Positions 47,689 to 54,930 of a DNA stretch of 54,930 nucleotides are shown here, one piece after another; position 1 is the first letter of the stretch; the number at the start of each line of letters is the position of its first letter. Made by a program: the position numbers and the translations under genes. Below the pieces are notes generated by a model. It was not told the DNA's origin, made no database searches, and was given only the letters and a program-made list of their open reading frames with translations. The stretch is from an uncultured Gammaproteobacteria bacterium (lineage in GTDB: Bacteria > Patescibacteriota > Patescibacteriia > UBA9934): contig CAYMYA010000002.1 of assembly GCA_964394565.1 (NCBI GenBank), positions 38,238 through 93,167 of the forward strand, written 5' to 3'.

Positions 47689-48912
47689 ATGACTGAACGC
47701 ACGTCATTTCTTCTCAAAATCGTCGGGTTCGTTACCGCGGTGTTCCTTATTGCGCTCGCGATCTACTTCACGTTCTTCCGCAGCACCGTCATCACCTTAA
47801 CCACACCACAACCACAAGCCAGCCCCGGCGCATCACTTCCGGGGTCCGTCACCGGCACACCAGGAACCACGCCAGGTGCAACACCAGGAACAACTGGCGG
47901 CACAGCAACCTTACAACCGTCGCGCGTGGCAAATGGTGGCGCCACCATCACGACACTCCTCACGAATACCGAAGTGCAAAGCCCAACCGCAACCAACAAT
48001 GGCACAGTGGCGTATTACGATCCCACGGACGGTAAATTTTACACGATTGATGCAAACGGCAACGTCGTCGCGATGTCTCAGCAAACCTTTCCCCAAGCAG
48101 AAACCGTGACGTTTAGCAGTGGCGCAACCACAGCAGTGATTGAATACCCAGACGGGAATAACGTCGTATACGACTTTTCCGCCGCACAACAAGTCACCCT
48201 CCCTGCGCACTGGGAAGACTTTTCGTTTTCGGACGACGGATCAGATATTGTCGCAAAAAGTATCGGTGCCGACGAATCCAATCGTGCGCTCGTCATCACG
48301 AGTGCGGACGGAACATCGACCACTGTGGTAACCGCGCTTGGCGCAAATGACGATCAAGTCACCGCGAACTGGTCGCCGGATAATAGCGTCGTAGCGTTCT
48401 CCGAAACTGGAGGAATATCCAACGGCAGCTTTGGTAGACAGGAAATCTATCTCGTCGGCATTGATGGCAGCGCAACGGGCATTCTCTTTGTCGACGGGAC
48501 AAATTTTCAAGCAATTTGGGCACCGGACGGTAAGCACATGCTCTATTCTGTTGCAGATCCCGCCGATGGATACCGTGCAGCACTGTGGTACGCCGATAGC
48601 GACGGCGACCGCAATGGGGACGGACGACGGAAGATGGGTATTCAAACTCTTGTGGAAAAATGTACCTTCTTCTCAGTAACCACTGCGTACTGTGCTGTAC
48701 CTCGAACCATGCCCGCTGGCGGCGGAAGCAGTACGTCGCTAATTACGGCATACGACGACGTGTACCGACTCGATGTCGCCACAGGGAATGCCCGACTTGT
48801 CGCAATCCCCGCAGCAGATACGCAAATGTTCTCTCTTTCTGTTTCCGACGACGGCTCACTCCTCTATTACACGGATGGTGCTGGGCGGCTTAATGTCATG
48901 TATCTTGAATAG
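47689..48912 (+). CDS. Membrane-anchored TolB-like beta-propeller (PD40 repeat) protein.
   Basis: M25 of ORF 47617..48912. N-terminal TM, a Pro/Thr/Gly-rich linker, then repeated ..S.DG..I.. / WSPD / WAPDGK motifs typical of PD40 blades. Confidence 0.7.
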   Translation: MTERTSFLLKIVGFVTAVFLIALAIYFTFFRSTVITLTTPQPQASPGASLPGSVTGTPGTTPGATPGTTGGTATLQPSRVANGGATITTLLTNTEVQSPTATNNGTVAYYDPTDGKFYTIDANGNVVAMSQQTFPQAETVTFSSGATTAVIEYPDGNNVVYDFSAAQQVTLPAHWEDFSFSDDGSDIVAKSIGADESNRALVITSADGTSTTVVTALGANDDQVTANWSPDNSVVAFSETGGISNGSFGRQEIYLVGIDGSATGILFVDGTNFQAIWAPDGKHMLYSVADPADGYRAALWYADSDGDRNGDGRRKMGIQTLVEKCTFFSVTTAYCAVPRTMPAGGGSSTSLITAYDDVYRLDVATGNARLVAIPAADTQMFSLSVSDDGSLLYYTDGAGRLNVMYLE

Positions 48913-48915
48913 TGT

Positions 48916-49557
48916 ATGAAATACTTTTGGCATTTCGTCATCAGCATCGGTGTTCTCTCTATTATTCTCTTTGCATTTTTTGGCGCTTCTCTCTCATTCA
49001 AATCCGACGTGCAATACACGGATCAAGACATTCCCACGGAACCTTCCGTGACCGTCATCGACCCCATGCTCGGTTCACCCGATGCTCGAGTAACGATTGT
49101 GATGTATGGCGACTATGGCTGCGATTCCTGTGCAATACTGGACGAAACACTCATCACTCTCGTGGCCGACGATTTTCCAACCGATGTCCGTCTGGTGTGG
49201 AAAGACATGCCAAACACCTCACAACACGCGGAAGCTCTGAATGCCGCCATTGCTGCGCGGTGTGCGGATGATCAGGGGAAATTCTGGGAATATCACGCGC
49301 TCCTCATGACGCACCACAACGGCCTCAGTGCGGAGCTGTACCAAACGTTCGCCGCACAACTTGAGCTCAAAGAACGAACGTTTTCCTCGTGTACCACTTC
49401 ACAAACTCCATCCCCAATCATTCAACAGTCATACGAAGAAGGGCTCGCGCTCGGCGTGACAGCCACGCCAACGATATTTATCAACGGCACACGCTACACC
49501 GGCGCGCAAGATCGTGGCACAATTAAGGCACTCGTCAGGCAAATTCTTGCACAATAA
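48916..49557 (+). CDS. DsbA-family thiol:disulfide oxidoreductase (membrane-anchored).
   Basis: N-terminal TM, VTIVMYGDYGCDSCAILDE (thioredoxin CxxC), ..TPTIFINGTRY... Confidence 0.8.
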   Translation: MKYFWHFVISIGVLSIILFAFFGASLSFKSDVQYTDQDIPTEPSVTVIDPMLGSPDARVTIVMYGDYGCDSCAILDETLITLVADDFPTDVRLVWKDMPNTSQHAEALNAAIAARCADDQGKFWEYHALLMTHHNGLSAELYQTFAAQLELKERTFSSCTTSQTPSPIIQQSYEEGLALGVTATPTIFINGTRYTGAQDRGTIKALVRQILAQ

Positions 49558-49558
49558 C

Positions 49559-50998
49559 ATGAAACAATTTCTTCTCGTTCTCGGGTTCATATTCCTCGGC
49601 GCCACTGCGCCATGCTTTGCGTTGGCCTCCATGACCGACGAAGACTATTCCGATACCACAACCGGAGCTGAGGATCGATCAGACGAATGTGCTGCAGGAA
49701 CCTATACATGTCGTTGTGGTAGCGAAGGAGGATCCAATTCGCTCGACAGCGCAACAGCATCGGCAGATGCATGTAATACGTATTGCATAAATTCCACACA
49801 ATCAAGCTATACCTACTCTTGTACATTATCTGACGGCTCGAGCTACACTGTTTATCAAGGCTCCGTGACAACAATGAACTCCCTGACTGGCGCCCCAGAA
49901 ACTGAAGATGCAGATTTTGTTGTCCCAACATTACTTGTCCCAATCCCTGGTTTTAGCAATTCAAGTAACTCAAATAACGATTTCTCGGTTCCAACAACAT
50001 CCAACGACGGGGTGCACACGAACGTGAATTTTCTTGCAGAATACATCAATGCAATATACGGATGGATTCTGGGAGCTGCCGCACTTGTTGCCGTCGTCAT
50101 GATGATGCTTGGTGGATTACAATACGTTCTCGCACGCGGCAAACCAAAATACATCGATAAAGCCAAAACACGCATTACGAATGCGATTACTGGTATCGTA
50201 CTGCTCCTTGCAGCATTCAACGTGGCGTATCTTATTGATCCCCGCCTCACGAATCTTGAAGCTCTTGGCGTACAAAATGTTGCAGAAATTGAATATTTTC
50301 CACCGGATGGTGAAGATACCAATATCACCCCAAATACCATGCTGACCGGTTCAACGGTGCCGATTAGTGGCGATTATATTATCGCGGGTTGCAATGAAGG
50401 CTGCGCTATCGACGCAGAAACACTCACCGCGCTCCAAACTGCCGCCACCGCATTTCATAGTGCAACAGGAAAACATGTCACCATCGCGTCCGCAACCCGC
50501 AGCCTTGGAAAACAAGCGAGTCTTTTTTATGAAAACTGTCTCCTCACTGGTGGGACATGTGCACCAGCTACATGCAATGCCTCTTCTGGCGTTGTGACAA
50601 AATCTGGATCAACGTGGACACTCACCGGCAGTTACGCAAACACGACCAACGGCACCGCAATTGTCGCAGCACTCGCAAATCCTGAGAATGCAGCATATGG
50701 CAACTGTCCGCACACCTCCGCAGTCGCGCTCGATGCATGGTGCGCGGATGGTGGAACGCATTATCGCCATGACCCAGCATGCCAAGGCCAACTCATTACT
50801 GCCATGATCAACGCAGGATTTTGTCGATTATCCTCTGAGGTATGGCACTTTGAACTCAACACAAAAAAAGTCTCAAGTGCATGCTCTACCGCAAATAACT
50901 CTATTTCATACCAGAAAAAAGATGGTACTACCGTGACGCCAACATCAGATTGTGCAAAATGGAATTTTAAATACCATACGTGCGCGGTTAAAAAATAA
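49559..50998 (+). CDS. Secreted/membrane multi-domain protein: signal peptide, Cys-rich region, two-helix membrane hairpin and C-terminal M15 (VanY-like) D,D-peptidase domain.
   Basis: M16 of ORF 49514..50998 (MKQFLLVLGFIFLGATAPCFALA). Eight Cys lie in ~60 aa. The membrane hairpin is WILGAAALVAVVMMMLGG..(basic loop)..ITGIVLLLAAFNVAYLI. M15 motifs are SATRSLGKQASLF, CPHTSAVALD (Hx6D) and EVWHFE. Confidence 0.68.
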   Translation: MKQFLLVLGFIFLGATAPCFALASMTDEDYSDTTTGAEDRSDECAAGTYTCRCGSEGGSNSLDSATASADACNTYCINSTQSSYTYSCTLSDGSSYTVYQGSVTTMNSLTGAPETEDADFVVPTLLVPIPGFSNSSNSNNDFSVPTTSNDGVHTNVNFLAEYINAIYGWILGAAALVAVVMMMLGGLQYVLARGKPKYIDKAKTRITNAITGIVLLLAAFNVAYLIDPRLTNLEALGVQNVAEIEYFPPDGEDTNITPNTMLTGSTVPISGDYIIAGCNEGCAIDAETLTALQTAATAFHSATGKHVTIASATRSLGKQASLFYENCLLTGGTCAPATCNASSGVVTKSGSTWTLTGSYANTTNGTAIVAALANPENAAYGNCPHTSAVALDAWCADGGTHYRHDPACQGQLITAMINAGFCRLSSEVWHFELNTKKVSSACSTANNSISYQKKDGTTVTPTSDCAKWNFKYHTCAVKK

Positions 50999-51016
50999 CA
51001 GGAGGGCTTGCTTTTT

Positions 51017-52306
51017 ATGTTTCTCTGTACCCATTGTGATGCGCAGGCGCTGAAGTGGGCTGGACGATGTGGAGAGTGTGGGAAATGGGGGACGTTGGTC
51101 GAGGGAGGCGAGAATGGCGAGGCGCGAGGCGCGAGAAAGAAGTCGAAAAGCGTGCCTGCGACGACACTTGATTTAGCGAGCGCATCTTCCGCGACTCTGG
51201 TGCACCAGCTTACGGGAATTTCTGAACTAGACCGCGTGCTTGGCGGAGGGATTGTACCGGGATCAGTCACTCTCCTTGCGGGAGAGCCGGGAATTGGAAA
51301 AAGTACGCTTGTTGCCCAACTTGCCGCAGTATTCACTCCGAATACCACCAAGGCGTATTATGCATCTGGCGAGGAATCGGAAGGGCAAGTACGCCTTCGT
51401 TTTGAGCGTCTCGGACTCGATCCACAATCTGTGGTCTTTTCGAATGCGACGGAAACGGGATCAATTATTGCTGCGGCGGAGAAGATGAGTCCGAGTATCG
51501 TCATCGTCGACTCCATACAAACCATGATGACAGACGGCGCGGATTCGTTTCCTGGCACGCCAACAGCCGTGCGCGCAGCAACCGCAGAACTGATTGGGTA
51601 CGCGAAAACATCGAATACGCCCGTCCTGATTATTGGCCAGGTCACGAAAGACGGCGTCGTGGCTGGGCCGAAAACCTTGGAACACCTCGTCGATACCGTC
51701 CTCACGCTCGAGGGCGATCCTGCTGGCGCCTATCGCCTGCTGCGCGCGAGCAAACACCGGTTTGGCAGCATTGAGGAAGTCGGCGTGTTTGCAATGAGCG
51801 AGAAAGGCATGTTACCTGTGGAGAACCCGTCCGCAATGTTTCTGCAAGAACGCGTGGTAGCGCCAGGATCTGTCGTCACCTGCATCATGGAGGGCAACCG
51901 GCCGTTCCTTGTGGAAATCCAGGCGCTCGTGGATAAAAGCTTCTTTCCGAACCCTGTACGTCGCACCAGCGGATACGATGCCGGACGGCTTCAGATGTTG
52001 CTCGCAATCTTAAGCAAACGCACCGGGCTTCGTGCATATGATCAAGACGTGTACGTGAATGTTGTTGGCGGCATGAAGCTCACCGAACCATCTGCAGATC
52101 TCGCGGTTGCTGCCGCCATTATCTCCGCAATCGAGAACACGACCATCTCAAAAGAAACCCTTATCATTGGCGAACTCGGGCTTGGGGGCGAAGTCCGCAC
52201 TGTGCCGTTTATTGAACGACGAAAGAAAGAGGCTGAGCGATTAGGGTTCTCCACCGTGCTCGGGCCAGGAACGGTCAAAAATGTGAGTGAGCTCCGCGTA
52301 AAGTAA
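51017..52306 (+). CDS. radA: DNA repair protein RadA.
   Basis: CTHCDAQALKWAGRCGECGKWGTL (zinc finger), ..GEPGIGKSTL.., ..KHRFG.., and a Lon-like C-terminus. An ATG lies 9 nt inside the TTG-started ORF. AGGAGG lies upstream. Confidence 0.95.
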   Translation: MFLCTHCDAQALKWAGRCGECGKWGTLVEGGENGEARGARKKSKSVPATTLDLASASSATLVHQLTGISELDRVLGGGIVPGSVTLLAGEPGIGKSTLVAQLAAVFTPNTTKAYYASGEESEGQVRLRFERLGLDPQSVVFSNATETGSIIAAAEKMSPSIVIVDSIQTMMTDGADSFPGTPTAVRAATAELIGYAKTSNTPVLIIGQVTKDGVVAGPKTLEHLVDTVLTLEGDPAGAYRLLRASKHRFGSIEEVGVFAMSEKGMLPVENPSAMFLQERVVAPGSVVTCIMEGNRPFLVEIQALVDKSFFPNPVRRTSGYDAGRLQMLLAILSKRTGLRAYDQDVYVNVVGGMKLTEPSADLAVAAAIISAIENTTISKETLIIGELGLGGEVRTVPFIERRKKEAERLGFSTVLGPGTVKNVSELRVK

Positions 52307-52307
52307 C

Positions 52308-52337
52308 GCAAAGAGGATCCGCGTGGATCCTCTTTGC
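52308..52337. terminator. Bidirectional hairpin between radA and the convergent small gene.
   Basis: GCAAAGAGGATCC-GCGT-GGATCCTCTTTGC forms a perfect 13-bp stem. Confidence 0.7.
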
Positions 52338-52352
52338 TGTGCAAACATTTTT

Positions 52353-52616
52353 TTACGCGATTCGTGCCCAACGTTCTAAGCGAGAGACACGGCGATCGAT
52401 ACTATCAATCTGCGGCAGCACGCCGTTAATGACGTCGATGATGTCATTGCGGACGTTATACAGTTCCCTGTGCAACTCTGCACTTACCTTTTCGAGTATT
52501 TCATCGCGAAATACCGAAAGCTTCTGATCAAGCTTTTGATCGAGCCTATGGTCGATCCGCGCATCCTGCTCTGCAAACATGTCTCGTAATACCTGAATAT
52601 CATTGGCATCAAACAT
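52353..52616 (-). CDS. Small coiled-coil protein, paralogue of 33331..33633.
   Basis: M32 of ORF 52353..52709: MFDANDIQVLRDMFAE.....VLPQIDSIDRRVSRLERWARIA. TAGCAT lies 7 nt upstream of the ATG. Confidence 0.6.
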   Translation of the reverse strand: MFDANDIQVLRDMFAEQDARIDHRLDQKLDQKLSVFRDEILEKVSAELHRELYNVRNDIIDVINGVLPQIDSIDRRVSRLERWARIA

Positions 52617-52720
52617 AGTTTTGATGCTACACGAACCGCCGCCGCCTCCCCTCGCGTGCGTGTCGCAGGAATGAATCGCAGAAACCTGGAGATAATTCGA
52701 TCGTATCACGATCCGATGTG

Positions 52721-54796
52721 CTACTCAAAATGTACCGCGTCGACGTACTCAAAAAGGCGGGATTTGAGTGACGGGTATACGGACAAGTCTGGACTTTCAT
52801 CGAGCACTTCTTTCGCAAAATCTTTTGCAGAGCCCATGAGATCAATATCATGCATCGTTCCGAGTTTGAATTGATCGAACCCAGATTGTTCTGTCCCGAA
52901 AATATTCCCTGCGCCGCGAAGCTGAAGATCTTTTTCCGCGAGATCGAACCCATCTTGGCTTTCCACGACGGCCTGCAAACGCATACGTGCAACCTCACCA
53001 AGAATTCCCGTTGGATGCAGAAAACAATGACTTTGGTGCGCGCCCCTGCCGACACGGCCACGGAGCTGATGGAGCTGTGCGAGACCAAATCGTTCCGCAC
53101 CTTCTACATACATCACCGTTGCGTTCGGGACATCCACACCAACCTCGACCACCGTCGTGGAAATCAGCATGTCCGCCTCCCCCGTCGCAAACGCACGCAT
53201 CACGTCATCCTTTTCTTTCGTTTTCATGCGCCCATGCAGCATGAGAACGCGATATTTCTTAAATGGTTCAGTCACAAATTCCTTGTACACATCGTGCACG
53301 GAGTTTGCGCCCAATGCATCAGATTCCTCAATCAACGGACACACCACAAACACCTGTCTCCCCCCATCCATTTGTTTCCGTATCATGTCATAAATGCGCT
53401 CTTCCCTTCCCGGCTCCACAATCGTCGTTTCTATTGGCTTGCGCCCTGCCGGATATTCGTCCAAAATCGATCGATCCAAATCGCCGTACAGTACCAATGC
53501 TAATGACCGTGGAATTGGCGTTGCGGTCATGGAAAGTAAATGCGGCACACCATCCTGTTCGTCGCGTTTATCTTTCAGTGCCTGACGTTGTCGTACGCCA
53601 AAACGATGCTGTTCATCGACAACAATTAACCCGAGGCGATCAAAAAGAACATCCTGTGTCAGGAGTGCGTGCGTGCCAACGACGAGTTGCGCGGCGCCAT
53701 TACGCAGTGCCGAGAGCAGTTGTGCTTTTGTGACCTCCCTGCCACCAACACGACGTTTCGTCCGAGTATACAGCGCGATCGTGAGTCGATCACCAAAAAG
53801 CTTCTGTAATGTTTGTGCATGCTGCTCTGCAAGAATTTCTGTTGGCGCAAGCATCGATGTCTGCCAACCGTCACGCGCCGCATTGAGCGCAACGATCGCT
53901 GCGACCACGGTTTTTCCACTTCCAACATCACCTTCGAGCAATCGGTTCATCGGCTCTGGGCGGTTCATGTCCTTAATAATTGCCCAAATTGCCTTTTTTT
54001 GCGCACCAGTAAGTTCAAACGGTAGTTTCTTCACCGCATCCTTCACGACATCTTCAAAAAATGGCACTTTCGGCGCACGTTGTTGTTTAAGCTCACGTCG
54101 GCTTTTTGCGGCAAGAAGTTGATGAAGGAAAAACTCGTCGAATTTCAAACGGCGCAATGCGATATCCTTCGCCTCTTCCGAACGTGGAAAGTGCATTTCC
54201 GTAATTGCTTCTGGAAGGCGAACCAAATCCACCTCGCGCAAAATGCGACCAGGCATCCAGTCTTCGACATCTTTTACGGTTGCCAGCGCCGCTTCCGCGA
54301 CTTTTCGACGAAGCTTCTGCGTCAATGCGCCTGTCAACCGATATATCGGCACAATGCGCCCGGTATGTTTAGTGACATCTGCTTTGCCGAGCACTTCGTA
54401 CACCGGATTCACCAACGAAAGCCCGTACCGATCGTCCACCTTACCGGCTAATGAAACAACCTGACCCGGCTTTATCACCTTTGTGAGAAACCCTTGATGA
54501 AACCACACCGCCTTTATGGTGCCCGTGCTGTCCTGCACCAATGCCTCGGTAATCATCATGCGCATGGCCTTCTGACTCTTTCTGTTCTCAATCGCCGTAA
54601 TAGTTCCCTGCACCGTGACTTTTGCTCCCGGCTTTGCATCAACAATTGGAACGGCATGCGAAAGATCGTCATACCGGAATGGAAAATCAAATAATGCATC
54701 CCGTAACGATGATACACCGATACGAACAAAATCTTTCGCCTTTGCGGCGCCAATTCCTGTAATACTGGCAATAGAATCGGTGAGACGAAGTGGCAT
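52721..54796 (-). CDS. recG: ATP-dependent DNA helicase RecG.
   Basis: Start is taken at M30 (MPLRLTDSIASITGIGAAKAKDF..) of ORF 52721..54883, because the upstream part would overlap a terminator and the tRNA. Motifs: ..LEGDVGSGKTVVA.., ..VVDEQHRFG.., ..QLRGRVGRG... Confidence 0.94.
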   Translation of the reverse strand: MPLRLTDSIASITGIGAAKAKDFVRIGVSSLRDALFDFPFRYDDLSHAVPIVDAKPGAKVTVQGTITAIENRKSQKAMRMMITEALVQDSTGTIKAVWFHQGFLTKVIKPGQVVSLAGKVDDRYGLSLVNPVYEVLGKADVTKHTGRIVPIYRLTGALTQKLRRKVAEAALATVKDVEDWMPGRILREVDLVRLPEAITEMHFPRSEEAKDIALRRLKFDEFFLHQLLAAKSRRELKQQRAPKVPFFEDVVKDAVKKLPFELTGAQKKAIWAIIKDMNRPEPMNRLLEGDVGSGKTVVAAIVALNAARDGWQTSMLAPTEILAEQHAQTLQKLFGDRLTIALYTRTKRRVGGREVTKAQLLSALRNGAAQLVVGTHALLTQDVLFDRLGLIVVDEQHRFGVRQRQALKDKRDEQDGVPHLLSMTATPIPRSLALVLYGDLDRSILDEYPAGRKPIETTIVEPGREERIYDMIRKQMDGGRQVFVVCPLIEESDALGANSVHDVYKEFVTEPFKKYRVLMLHGRMKTKEKDDVMRAFATGEADMLISTTVVEVGVDVPNATVMYVEGAERFGLAQLHQLRGRVGRGAHQSHCFLHPTGILGEVARMRLQAVVESQDGFDLAEKDLQLRGAGNIFGTEQSGFDQFKLGTMHDIDLMGSAKDFAKEVLDESPDLSVYPSLKSRLFEYVDAVHFE

Positions 54797-54836
54797 AGCT
54801 TCAACGGAGTCTAGCAGAAGAAAAGAAAAAACGCAA

Positions 54837-54867
54837 CAAAAAAATCTCCCGGTAAGGAGATTTTTTT
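54837..54867. terminator. Hairpin terminator downstream of the tRNA (minus strand) and upstream of recG.
   Basis: AAAAAATCTCC-CGGTAA-GGAGATTTTTTT with A/T runs on both sides. Confidence 0.6.
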
Positions 54868-54868
54868 G

Positions 54869-54930
54869 TGGTGCGCCCGGCACGACTCGAACGTACGACC
54901 CTCAGCTCCGCAAGCTGATGCTCTATCCAA
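54869..54930 (-). tRNA. tRNA-Arg (anticodon GCG). The 5' ~12 nt lie beyond the window end. CCA is encoded.
   Basis: The reverse complement reads ..GGATAGAGCA TCAGC-TTGCGGA-GCTGA GGGTC GTACG-TTCGAGT-CGTGC CGGGCGC A CCA. The anticodon loop is UUGCGGA, with a canonical T-arm and acceptor 3' strand. Confidence 0.85.

Noticed and set aside
54780-54841. Apparent 1-nt disagreement between my hand translation of the printed sequence and the ORF-track proteins (ORFs 52721..54883 and 54556..54804) at the line boundaries 54780/54781 and 54840/54841.
   Set aside because: The two offsets cancel, and everything outside this interval agrees with the track. It is most likely a transcription or formatting slip on my side rather than a biological frameshift. 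The recG start is given in the track's frame (54796) and may be off by 1 nt.

Overview
This is a gene-dense stretch of a small bacterial chromosome with moderate G+C and short spacers. Most of the ~50 CDS are housekeeping genes, and most start codons lack a Shine-Dalgarno motif. The gene content and the many membrane-anchored ORFans suggest a reduced-genome lineage such as CPR/Patescibacteria (Saccharibacteria-like), but that assignment is inference only.

Recognisable genes in order:
- queA (partial), rpmE, prfA, prmC, a DUF3048-like protein, rplY/ctc, a SEDS protein (ftsW/rodA) and gyrB.
- secE-nusG-rplK-rplA.
- A pyrimidine/dTMP island: cytidylyltransferase, dCMP deaminase fusion, GalT-branch HIT protein, DHFR-like::ThyA fusion and dut.
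- gatB, miaA, thrS, dnaE, pheST and rseP.
- A murD plus MurL-like pair, a HAD hydrolase, lemA, htpX, a clpC-like gene, radA, recG and a partial tRNA-Arg(GCG).

Observations worth a second look:
1. A compact but textbook T-box antiterminator/terminator with an ACC specifier sits upstream of thrS.
2. Four small ORFan cassettes with G/C-ending codons sit between conserved genes. Each has its own SD-like motif and a GC-rich hairpin. They look horizontally acquired from a high-GC donor.
3. The murD 3' end is duplicated around a 29-nt identical core. The duplication encloses five exactly 16-nt-periodic repeats, which looks like an integration scar.
4. About 770 bp between rseP and murD is ORF-free, and part of it is very GC-rich and dense in hairpins.
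5. Many genes carry a -10-like hexamer 6-9 nt upstream of the start codon, suggesting leaderless mRNAs.
6. An envelope gene module encodes a TolB-like propeller, a DsbA-like protein, and a Cys-rich protein with a two-helix membrane hairpin and an M15 peptidase domain.

No CRISPR array, transposase, integrase or rRNA gene was seen. All calls come from reading the sequence and translations by eye. No database search was run.
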